Source: Nostoc sp. PCC 7120 = FACHB-418
GTDB lineage: Bacteria > Cyanobacteriota > Cyanobacteriia > Cyanobacteriales > Nostocaceae
DNA: 32,000 nt
Reading direction: 5' to 3'
NCBI RefSeq assembly: GCF_000009705.1
Contig: NC_003272.1
Span: 1,410,001-1,442,000 of the forward strand
Below, piece after piece: positions 23,909 to 32,000 of the stretch. The number at the start of each line of letters is the position of its first letter. Positions within the stretch are counted from its first letter, which is position 1. Under the pieces are notes generated by a model. The model had not been told where the DNA came from. It did no database searches and saw nothing but the letters and a program-made list of their open reading frames with translations. The translations under genes were made by a program, and so were the position numbers.

Positions 23909-25588
23909 TTGTCACAAATAGAGTTTCCTAGCCAATTTGATGTTTTAGTGGTCGGTGCTGGTGCGGCTGGACTGTATACGGCATTGTGTCTGCCAGAATC
24001 CTTACGAGTCGGCTTGATTACCAAAGAAACTGTTGCTTTATCTGCTAGTGATTGGGCGCAGGGTGGTATAGCTGCTGCGATCGCCCCTAATGATTCTCCT
24101 TCTCTACATATTGAAGATACAATTCAAGCAGGAGCAGGCTTGTGTGATGTTGCAGCCGTAGAATTTCTGGCTCAACAAGCCCCCAAATGTATCGAATCTT
24201 TGGTTAACTTGGGAGTTGCTTTTGACCGACACGGACAAGCTTTAGCATTAACTTTAGAAGCTGCCCATTCTCGTAACCGTGTTCTTCACGCCGCCGACAC
24301 TACAGGTAGGGAAGTCACAACTACTCTCACGGATCAAGTATTACGTCGTCCCAATATCCAAGTAATTCAGCAAGCTTTGGCTTTGAGTCTTTGGCTGGAA
24401 CCAGAAACTGGTCATTGTCAAGGAATCAGCCTGTTTTATCAAGGTGCAATTACATGGGTCAGGGCTGGGGCTGTAGTCCTGGCGACTGGTGGCGGTGGTC
24501 AAGTATTTGCCCAAACCACAAACCCGGCGGTCAGTACTGGCGATGGAGTTGCAATTGCATGGCGGGCTGGGGCTATTCTCCGGGACTTAGAATTTGTCCA
24601 ATTTCACCCCACAGCCTTAACTAAACCAGGTGCAGACCGTTTCCTGATTAGTGAAGCAGTCCGTGGTGAAGGCGCACACCTAGTAGATAATGAAGGGCGG
24701 CGATTTGCTTTTGACTATCACCCGGCTGGAGAATTAGCACCCAGAGACGTTGTGAGTCGGGCTATATTTAGTCATTTACAACGCACTGCTGTCGATCCTG
24801 CCACAGCCCATGTGTGGTTGGATATGCGCCCCATCCCCGAAGACAAGATTCGTCTCCGGTTTCCTAATATTGTTAAGGTTTGTCAGCGTTGGGGTATAGA
24901 TGTTTTCCGCGAACCAATTCCTGTAGCCCCAGCCGCCCATTATTGGATGGGTGGTATTGCCACCAATTTAAAGAATCAAACTAATATACCTGGATTGTAT
25001 GCAGTGGGAGAAACCGCTAGTACAGGTGTACATGGTGCTAATCGTTTAGCAAGTAATTCATTGCTGGAGTGTATTGTCTTTGGCGCGCAACTAGCAAATC
25101 TCACGCCAGCAGATTTGATACAGCATACAGAAACACCAGCCTTACCCACAAGAGAATTTAAGATTGATGCCAGCGAGTGGCAACACCAGCAATCACAATT
25201 AGCCATACTGCGAGAAAAGTTACCGCGTCTAGTTTGGCAAAGCGCTGGTATTTGTCGAGAACAGTCTACTTTATCTGTGGCGATCGCTACTGTAAAATCT
25301 TGGCAACAGGATTTTGCAGCGCTGCCTTTAAGCCAATTTTTGTTATCTCTACAACCAAACGAGCCAGTTAGCTGTAATTTTTCAGATACCGACCAACAAC
25401 TACGACTCTGGGCAGAAACAGGCAATTTACTCGATGTTGCCTATTTAATACTCAAAAGCGCTGCTTTTAGAATTGAAAGCCGTGGCGGACACTTCCGTTT
25501 AGACTATCCCCACTCAAATCCTGATTGGCAAGTCCACTCTCTAGTACAAAAGCACCAATGGTGGCAATCTCCGATTATGAAATCTTAA
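23909..25588 (+). CDS. nadB: L-aspartate oxidase
   Basis: FDVLVVGAGAAGLY (FAD fold), AQGGIAA, RFHPTAL-like FVQFHPTAL, HYWMGGI, ESRGGHFRLDYP. The start is set at TTG 23909 because the track's upstream extension is translated STRR. The start remains uncertain. Confidence 0.85.
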   Translation: MSQIEFPSQFDVLVVGAGAAGLYTALCLPESLRVGLITKETVALSASDWAQGGIAAAIAPNDSPSLHIEDTIQAGAGLCDVAAVEFLAQQAPKCIESLVNLGVAFDRHGQALALTLEAAHSRNRVLHAADTTGREVTTTLTDQVLRRPNIQVIQQALALSLWLEPETGHCQGISLFYQGAITWVRAGAVVLATGGGGQVFAQTTNPAVSTGDGVAIAWRAGAILRDLEFVQFHPTALTKPGADRFLISEAVRGEGAHLVDNEGRRFAFDYHPAGELAPRDVVSRAIFSHLQRTAVDPATAHVWLDMRPIPEDKIRLRFPNIVKVCQRWGIDVFREPIPVAPAAHYWMGGIATNLKNQTNIPGLYAVGETASTGVHGANRLASNSLLECIVFGAQLANLTPADLIQHTETPALPTREFKIDASEWQHQQSQLAILREKLPRLVWQSAGICREQSTLSVAIATVKSWQQDFAALPLSQFLLSLQPNEPVSCNFSDTDQQLRLWAETGNLLDVAYLILKSAAFRIESRGGHFRLDYPHSNPDWQVHSLVQKHQWWQSPIMKS

Positions 25589-25634
25589 ATAATGCTTAAG
25601 TATATTCAACTAAGTGTTTAAGTTCCATATACTA

Positions 25635-25767
25635 CGCGATGTGCAACTTATTTTTGAAACCCCTCTCCAAACCTCTCCCCGAAGCGGAGAGAGGCTTTGA
25701 ATCTTGCTCCCCTTCCCTTGCAGGGAAGGGGTTGGGGGTTAGGTTTGAGAGAAAGTTGCACACGGCG
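25635..25767 (-). mobile_element. MITE-like element, copy B (133 bp, compact form)
   Basis: CGCGATGTGCAACTT ... AAGTTGCACACGGCG. It is the reverse complement of copy A, essentially identical outside copy A's two insertions. Internal hairpins: CCCTTCCCTGCAGGGAAGGG and CCTCTCCCCGAAGCGGAGAGAGG. Confidence 0.75.
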
Positions 25768-25950
25768 TTATACTGACTTCCAATAGACACAAATAAATAC
25801 TGATAGCAAATTGATATTTATTTCCAGGTAATCACTCTGGATTTAAATTTTTCACGGTGTTAGGCGCAAATTACCGCAGCTACGGAACTATTTAGTCAAA
25901 TAGTCCACACCGTGCTTGTTAGCTTATAAAACCCTGGAAAAAATCAATAT

Positions 25951-26187
25951 TTAGCGAGTACCGCTACCATGCTGGCTATCTGGCCCACCGTAATTTGGTG
26001 GAACATAAGATTCTTCCAAATCTTGTGGTTTTTGCTCAGATTGGCTCGGTATCGTGCTTATATCCCTAGAACTGCTAGCCAAGGAAACATGACTCTGGTT
26101 GCCATTGGCATCTGCCACCTTGGGAATAATTAGGCTGGCACTAATGCAAAATATCACAACACCGATAATTGTCCAGTTGGTTTTCAT
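25951..26187 (-). CDS. Small exported/membrane-anchored protein, unknown function
   Basis: 78-aa ORF. N-terminal hydrophobic helix WTIIGVVIFCISASLIIP, then a polar S/Q/P-rich tail ending ...YVPPNYGGPDSQHGSGTR. Confidence 0.5.
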   Translation of the reverse strand: MKTNWTIIGVVIFCISASLIIPKVADANGNQSHVSLASSSRDISTIPSQSEQKPQDLEESYVPPNYGGPDSQHGSGTR

Positions 26188-26854
26188 ATGCTTGGGGAAT
26201 TATTTTTAAATTTCTGATTTATCTACAGGTTGTTTATTTTTTTACAAAAGAGAAAAGGATTTTTCCCAAAAATTAAACACTGGGTAATTTTATTGGTGAG
26301 ACAGAGAAATACTTAACTAAAACACCGTGAAGAGTCGCATCCTTTCAAGAATTGACACAGAAAGGTACTCAATAGTTAAGCAATATAACTTACGGCCAGT
26401 TATTTTCACCGGTCTTTGGTTATAGTTATTTCTCCGTCAAAAGTTATATATGTTCATTAATTACCACAGGAGAAATATCAACATCATATTTTTTTAATTA
26501 TTTTTTAACAATTCATAGTGTAAATACTCACATTCATAGTAGCGGTTTACGTAACATTACGCAGGCTCATCTAAATTTCATAAATTCATAATCTTAAGAA
26601 TATGTAAAATTTAGGGAGAGAACGACCATTATAATCATTCTTTTTAAAGATTGGCTTTACAGAGATCAGTAAAATTTCATAATATGTCTGGCTAAGACTA
26701 GTTGTGCTGTTCAATATCTAAGTAACTATCATGACTATCCGACAGTAATAAATTCAAAATTCAAAATACTCTATAAGTAGTTTTACTCCTGTGTAGCATC
26801 CGCGCCAGAAAGGTTGCGCCAACAAAATTCAAAAATTATTTAGAAGTTCCTGAC

Positions 26855-29074
26855 TCAGAACTCAGTATTTACCCTATCCGCCAATTCAAAGCGATTTTTT
26901 CCTAAATGTTTAGCACGGTACATAGCAGCATCCGCTTTTTTTAGCAATGTATCAGGATCTAAGCTTGTTTCTGGGTAAATGCTAATACCAATACTCACGG
27001 AAACTTTGGCAGTACACCCGTTCAAAACAATTGGCTCAGTGATATTCGCTAGAATTTTTTCAGCGACTTTGGCTGCTACCTGCACGTTAGGTATTGCCTG
27101 TAAAATGACGGTAAATTCGTCGCCACCTAAGCGAGCCACTGTATCACTAGCGCGTAAAGAATTGCTAAGTCTTTGAGCTATCACCACTAACAAGCGATCG
27201 CCCATCTCGTGACCAAGGCTATCATTAACCTGCTTAAAGCCGTCTAAGTCAATAAATAGGAGTCCAAGGGATAAATTATTATCTTTTGCCCAGTTAATAG
27301 ATTCGTAAAGTTGTTCCGCAAAATATTTACGGTTCGGAAGACCAGTTAAAGCGTCGTGATAAGCTAAATAACGCAGATGGTCTTCTTTCAGTTTTAATTC
27401 ATTATTAGAGCGAAACAACTCAGCTGCTGTGCGCTTGAGTTCTTCCTCCATGATTTTGCGCTGAGTAATATCTCTAATCACCCCAACTAAAAAGAAATTA
27501 CCGGCCGCATCCTTGTGGAGCGATCGCTTAGTAGCAATTAAATGAGTTTTCCCATAAGCATCAGTAAATTCTTCCTCATTTTCCTGAGGTCTTTGAGTTT
27601 CAAACACTAACTCATCTTGCTGTCGAAAAACATCAGCTTCATGTTTAGGGAAAAAATCAACATCTGACTTTTCGACTAAAAAACTCTCAGGATAACCAAT
27701 AAATCGACAGTAAGCTTTATTTAAAACAATCCACTGATGTTGCTCATTTTTTACAAAAATTGGGTCAGCGATCGTATCAATTACTTGCTGCAAAAATTCT
27801 TTGGAACGCTTTAACTCTTCCTGCATATGAGCAAGATAATTAATCATCCAAATGACTGAACCAACTAAGGTCACCAGTGCTGGAATTAACGGTATCCACC
27901 ACCCTGATAAAAAAGCTAGATAAGCACCTAAACAAAGCAAGCAACAAGCAACAAGTATTGCCACGATACTGGGAATCGTTCCCCTTATTCGCCATGCTAC
28001 TACTGCTCCTAAATATGACCAAGCAAAAATCCACAAGTATTCCCAAAAATCAGACCAAACCTTTAATACAGGTCTTCCGTCCAAAGCCGCAGAAATTAAC
28101 TGGCTAATAAAATAAGCTTGCAGTTCAATCCCCGCCACCGGTTTTGCTGCTCCCATCCAACGACCTGAATAGGGAATAAATACAAAATCTTGGAGGCTAG
28201 GAGCAGTAGAGCCGATTAAGACAATGCGATCCTCTATCAAACTGCGCGGAACTTTGTCATCTAGCACATCTAGCATACTCACCCGGTGGAAGCCGCAGGA
28301 ATCTGAAGACGAATTTCGACAACCTGGTTTAGGAAAATTAGACAGAATTTGAGTACCTTTGTCATCGGCTCCAACGTAAGCGCCATCATTTTTTTTAAAT
28401 CGAGGAAAAACTGACTTACCTAACTGTAAATACTCCGGGTTGCTAGCCGCTTTTTTAGGAAGAATTTTCTCTGATTTTAAATATAATAAAGCTAACTTCA
28501 AAGCAAAGCTTTCATAATAATTTTCACCAATATGCCAATACAACAAAATTCGGCGTACTTTGCCATCAGGGTCATAAAGTAAGTTATTAAAACCTATTTG
28601 TTGGGAATTTAATTGTGGTGGCGGCGCAACTTTATAACTTTTATTATTTGATAATAATTGCGTGCCGATTAAATTCGGTATTGTTTTATAAGTATCAACT
28701 AGATTTTCATAACCATCTTTGGTTGGTAAATCTCGATAAATATCTAAACCAATAGCACGGGGTTGATTGGCTTGTAATTTCTTTAATAAATTAGCAATGA
28801 TGCCATCAGGAATGGGGAATCCTTGACTTAAAGAAGCTTCATCAATGGCGACGATAGTAATGCGATTATCAGGCTGTTCGTTTGGTCGGAGGCGAAAAAA
28901 TTGGTCTAATGCAGCCAATTCTACGGATTGCAGTAATCCTATAGAACGCATCATCAGGACACAAACCAAAACGATGGAAGCAGTAATGAATTCTCTCCGT
29001 CCTCGACTCAGCCATTGCTTTAGTCCCAGAATTAACCTCACAAGAGGATTCCCTAGTTGCTTATTCATTCCCAA
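26855..29074 (-). CDS. CHASE2 sensor - TM - PAS - GGDEF diguanylate cyclase
   Basis: 739 aa. It has an N-terminal TM helix and a large extracytoplasmic region, then three TM helices (about residues 345-415). The PAS region reads ADPIFVKNEQHQWIVLNKAYCRFIGY. The GGDEF domain has an intact RLGGDEF and an I-site RASD five residues upstream. Confidence 0.85.
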   Translation of the reverse strand: MGMNKQLGNPLVRLILGLKQWLSRGRREFITASIVLVCVLMMRSIGLLQSVELAALDQFFRLRPNEQPDNRITIVAIDEASLSQGFPIPDGIIANLLKKLQANQPRAIGLDIYRDLPTKDGYENLVDTYKTIPNLIGTQLLSNNKSYKVAPPPQLNSQQIGFNNLLYDPDGKVRRILLYWHIGENYYESFALKLALLYLKSEKILPKKAASNPEYLQLGKSVFPRFKKNDGAYVGADDKGTQILSNFPKPGCRNSSSDSCGFHRVSMLDVLDDKVPRSLIEDRIVLIGSTAPSLQDFVFIPYSGRWMGAAKPVAGIELQAYFISQLISAALDGRPVLKVWSDFWEYLWIFAWSYLGAVVAWRIRGTIPSIVAILVACCLLCLGAYLAFLSGWWIPLIPALVTLVGSVIWMINYLAHMQEELKRSKEFLQQVIDTIADPIFVKNEQHQWIVLNKAYCRFIGYPESFLVEKSDVDFFPKHEADVFRQQDELVFETQRPQENEEEFTDAYGKTHLIATKRSLHKDAAGNFFLVGVIRDITQRKIMEEELKRTAAELFRSNNELKLKEDHLRYLAYHDALTGLPNRKYFAEQLYESINWAKDNNLSLGLLFIDLDGFKQVNDSLGHEMGDRLLVVIAQRLSNSLRASDTVARLGGDEFTVILQAIPNVQVAAKVAEKILANITEPIVLNGCTAKVSVSIGISIYPETSLDPDTLLKKADAAMYRAKHLGKNRFELADRVNTEF

Positions 29075-29625
29075 TACCTAAGTGGGATAATTGTCTCTAT
29101 TGCTGATAAATATCAATCCAAAATTCTCAAAATCAGAAGAGTCTTGAGATCCAAGTTAAATAATCAGAAGAAAAATATAATTTTAGGCATTTATTTCTTC
29201 ATGATTGTGAATGATGTCACCTGAATTTCGACTTCTTACATATCAACATAAACTAGACTGACTTGTATGGAATATGTATATCTAAATAATATCTATCCGG
29301 ATAATATCGCCTGGTATAGATAACAATTAATTGTGTGATTGATATTTTATTATTCATAGACACAAGCTTAGTCTAAATACTATTTGTCAATAGTATATTT
29401 TCACTTAGTTACAATTGCCATCTTTTTTATGAAAAAAGCTAGTTACCCTACGGTTAGGCTTAAGCCTGCGTAGCATTCCCGCAGGAAAGGCTTCTCTACG
29501 AGACGCTACCGCGTTAAGGGACTTCCAGAAAATAAAACAGTCAACAGGTGACTTACGCTTATCAACCAGTTGACTGTTTTATTTGTCATATTTATTTGTG
29601 TCTGGACTGGGATGATTTGTAGAAG

Positions 29626-30609
29626 TTACCTAAAGTACTTGAAGTTGCTTGGCCCTGTATAACCTGTGATTTTGGCTAATTCTGAGAGGTTCTGCACTCC
29701 ACTATAGGTTTGACCATTGATAATCCAAGTGGGGAAACCCTGTATTTTTGCAGCTCGACACAATTCTGGCTGACCCTTGGGACTATCCTCAGCACACTCT
29801 ACCTTAATGTTGTCACTGATGATTTGGTAAGCTTCTTTCCCAAAAAGTAGTTTCTGGTCATGGCAGTGAGGACACCAATACGCTACATATTCCTTAGCAC
29901 CTACCTTAACTAAATGCTGTGCTAAGGCGATTTCTGCCTCACCAGAAGTACTATTAATTTCCCAGCCAAATTCTGGGTTAGGATTGGTTTTGGGGACAAA
30001 AGGTGCTACCTGTCCAGGAGGTATATTAGAAGACGTAACATCTGGTTTATTAATACCTGCATAAACGCCTAGAGTACCTATCAGCGTTACCATGCCCACG
30101 ATCAAAGCAGTAAATAATATTTGTCCGATATCTTCCCAAGAGCGCCCAAGAATTGTTAGCACCAAAAGGCTGAGGGAGAATAAAGCCGAACTAATACAAT
30201 AAAGGCACAGAGCTTTAATTTCAAATGCCAGTAAATACATTAAATAGCCACTGAAAACAGACATGGCGATCGCACCTACCAGCAGTAGCCACCATGTCAC
30301 ATTTTCTAGTTGTTTGCGGCTGTTGTTGTCTCCACCTTTCCAAACAACAGGTGCTAACGCTAACACCAACATACTGGTGTATGCTAGAAACCCAAACAAG
30401 GCTAATGGCTGTCCTAAAATTGTTGCCCAGGGGCTGGAAAGTACATCAGTACAACCCTTAGCACCAGCTTGTGCTACACAAGCAGGGCTACCTCCTGTTA
30501 ACTTTTCTATAGTTAGATAACCGGTATTGAGAGCGCCAAATCCGGCGATCGCGGCAATTATTAGACGCGACCATTTATGAATCCAAGGAGTAGAACGGCG
30601 GCGAATCAT
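29626..30609 (-). CDS. Vitamin K epoxide reductase (VKOR) domain fused to a thioredoxin-like domain
   Basis: 327 aa. Loop cysteines GGSPACVAQAGAKGC, membrane CLYC redox motif, C-terminal WCPHC thioredoxin motif. Confidence 0.85.
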   Translation of the reverse strand: MIRRRSTPWIHKWSRLIIAAIAGFGALNTGYLTIEKLTGGSPACVAQAGAKGCTDVLSSPWATILGQPLALFGFLAYTSMLVLALAPVVWKGGDNNSRKQLENVTWWLLLVGAIAMSVFSGYLMYLLAFEIKALCLYCISSALFSLSLLVLTILGRSWEDIGQILFTALIVGMVTLIGTLGVYAGINKPDVTSSNIPPGQVAPFVPKTNPNPEFGWEINSTSGEAEIALAQHLVKVGAKEYVAYWCPHCHDQKLLFGKEAYQIISDNIKVECAEDSPKGQPELCRAAKIQGFPTWIINGQTYSGVQNLSELAKITGYTGPSNFKYFR

Positions 30610-30616
30610 AAATTGC

Positions 30617-30650
30617 GATTGGGTATTAAGGATTGGGGATTAGGGATTGG
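30617..30650. repeat. STRR (GGATTGG/GGGATTA family)
   Basis: ATTGGGTATTAAGGATTGGGGATTAGGGATTGG. Related arrays occur at 973-988, 20847-20868 (opposite strand) and 31553-31612. Confidence 0.75.
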
Positions 30651-30686
30651 AGACTAAAAGAATTCCCAGTCACCAGTCCCCAGCAA

Positions 30687-31535
30687 TTACGAATGTATAG
30701 TGATTGAGGAAACCGATTTGCTCTCACCTTTAGAGTTCCAACTCCGATGAGCAGCTTCCACAAATTGGCTGACGCGAATCGGGTCAATTGGTTGCTCGAT
30801 TCGACCGTGACGTTTGAGTGAACTAGAAACAATTACACCGTTTGCAGCCTGCAACAGTGTAGCAATATTTTCCCAACTCGCCCCACTACCAATAAATACG
30901 GGTGTGCCATTGGCAGCATCACAAGCTAATTCCAAATCTTCTTGATTGGGGGGGCTACCAGTAGCCCAGCCAGACAAAATCACCGCATCTGCCAAACCCC
31001 GCTCAATCGTGTCTTTTACCGCAACAGTCAGATTTGGTGAACTCAGTGGTCTAGCGTGCTTGACTAAGACATCAGCCAGGATTTGTACATCACTACCCAA
31101 TTCTCGCCGATAGCGCAATAATTCATGGGCTTCTCCCTCAATTAATCCTTGATCTGTCGCCATCACCCCAGTTAGAACGTTGACACGAATAAACTGGGCG
31201 CGGACACAGCTAGCGATCGCCATCGCACTTTTTCCATCATTTCGCAACACATTTAGACCGACCGGCAATGTCACCAAATTCTGTATTCTTTGCACGACAA
31301 CAGTCATGGCGCTAACAACGGCTGGATCAACCTGATTTTTAGTAAACGGCGCATCGAAAAAATTCTCTACGATAATACCGTTCACTCCGCCACTAGCCAG
31401 AGCCGTGGCTTCTTGTTCTGCCCGATCAATCACTGCTTTCAGGCTTCCTCCCCAACGGGGTGAGGTAGGCAGTGGGAGCAGATGAACCACGCCAATAATC
31501 GGTGTGCGAGTTTTAAATAGTTGATATAAGTCCAC
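30687..31535 (-). CDS. btpA: BtpA-family (photosystem I biogenesis) TIM-barrel protein
   Basis: (V)DLYQLFKTRTPIIGVVHLLPLPTSPRWGG..., IIVENFFDAPF, VNVLTGV, FIGSGAS. GTG start. Confidence 0.85.
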   Translation of the reverse strand: MDLYQLFKTRTPIIGVVHLLPLPTSPRWGGSLKAVIDRAEQEATALASGGVNGIIVENFFDAPFTKNQVDPAVVSAMTVVVQRIQNLVTLPVGLNVLRNDGKSAMAIASCVRAQFIRVNVLTGVMATDQGLIEGEAHELLRYRRELGSDVQILADVLVKHARPLSSPNLTVAVKDTIERGLADAVILSGWATGSPPNQEDLELACDAANGTPVFIGSGASWENIATLLQAANGVIVSSSLKRHGRIEQPIDPIRVSQFVEAAHRSWNSKGESKSVSSITIHS

Positions 31536-31552
31536 GTCTTTAACTATTGTCA

Positions 31553-31612
31553 GGGATTGGGGATTGGGTACTGGGGATTGGGTACTGGGGATTGGGTAAT
31601 GGGGATTGGGTA
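31553..31612. repeat. Tandem 14-nt STRR (GGGGATTGGGTACT x4)
   Basis: Read directly. Confidence 0.85.
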
Positions 31613-32000
31613 TTCAAAAAAATTCTCCCTCATTTCCTTCATCTTTCTTATCTCCCCTATGTTCCTTATCTCCCTCACCCCCAGCCCACATCATTAAATT
31701 TCGTTTTATGCAGGATATTTTACTACCTCCTCCTGAAGACAGAATTTGGCGCAAAACTTACCATAAGATATGTTAAGATAAAACCTGGCTACAAGAGGAG
31801 TTTGCCACTCACAACACGCAAGGCAGCTTCCCGTGGTTTAGGCACATCACCTGCGATTCATGTAGGTCAAGCCTGATCGTTAGGGTAGCATTACTGCTTT
31901 ATTGGGCGTAGTCGCAAGTGCGATTTCCCTGAGGGTAGCGACTTCTCACAACCAGCCCTTTGGGCGGCTTCCCGATGGGTAAATTAACAACGCATACGCT

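Noticed and set aside
29296-29301. TCCGGA (DIF1-like heterocyst promoter motif), with a TACATA-like -10 element 17 nt downstream on the minus strand, about 220 nt upstream of the CHASE2-GGDEF gene
   Set aside because: It is a single palindromic hexamer, expected by chance several times in 32 kb, and the -10 match is weak. There is not enough evidence to call a promoter.
31547-31876. 109-aa ORF
   Set aside because: The N-terminal third is translated tandem GGGGATTGGGTACT repeat (GIGDWVLGIGYWGLGNGDW). The rest crosses further short repeats (CTTATCTCCC) and has no SD.
31800-32000. Possible structured RNA or group II intron 5' end (GTGCG at 31918-31922 followed by CCC-TGA-GGG)
   Set aside because: Two segments (about 31815-31850 and 31950-31985) share GC(A/G)GCTTCCCG...GG modules. 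On the opposite strand these resemble the dispersed hairpin repeat at about 14885-14920. The region therefore looks like another cluster of host dispersed repeats. The window ends before any intron domain could be evaluated.
1-32000. CRISPR array, rRNA or tRNA genes
   Set aside because: All tandem repeats seen are 7-14-nt STRR units or in-frame coding repeats, with no repeat-spacer periodicity of 28-37 nt. I recognised no tRNA cloverleaf signature (such as GGTTCGAATCC-type T-arms) or rRNA segments by eye. A tRNAscan/Infernal run would be needed for certainty.

Overview
This is a chromosomal segment from a filamentous Nostoc/Anabaena-type cyanobacterium. That origin is inferred from about 30 by-eye copies of the HIP1 palindrome GCGATCGC, many tandem-heptamer STRR arrays, and the genes psbU, btpA, a VKOR-thioredoxin fusion and a DUF512 Fe-S protein. 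Most of the window is housekeeping: pyrH-frr, a geranylgeranyl-reductase-family flavoprotein, a GHL10/DUF187 glycosidase-like protein, uppP, psbU, nadB, a CHASE2-PAS-GGDEF cyclase and btpA. It also holds one intact IS110-family transposase and two near-identical copies of a small MITE. The stand-out region is 3.3-9.8 kb. It carries a HlyD-type adaptor whose coiled-coil has been greatly lengthened by two matched tandem-repeat arrays, then a C39-peptidase ABC exporter. Three monocistronic precursor-peptide genes follow. They share an exactly 25-aa double-glycine leader (MSNQ...LS...QQxLxGG) but have unrelated low-complexity cores. One core is 86% Gly/Arg/Trp/Phe with net charge +10. The other two have an acidic N-terminal part and an alternating-Arg C-terminal tail. 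No maturase, clear immunity gene or regulator is visible in the window. Upstream sit two tandem metallophosphoesterase paralogs with substituted metal-ligand positions. I recognised no rRNA, tRNA or CRISPR array. All calls come from reading the sequence and the ORF track; no searches were run, and family assignments rest on remembered motifs.
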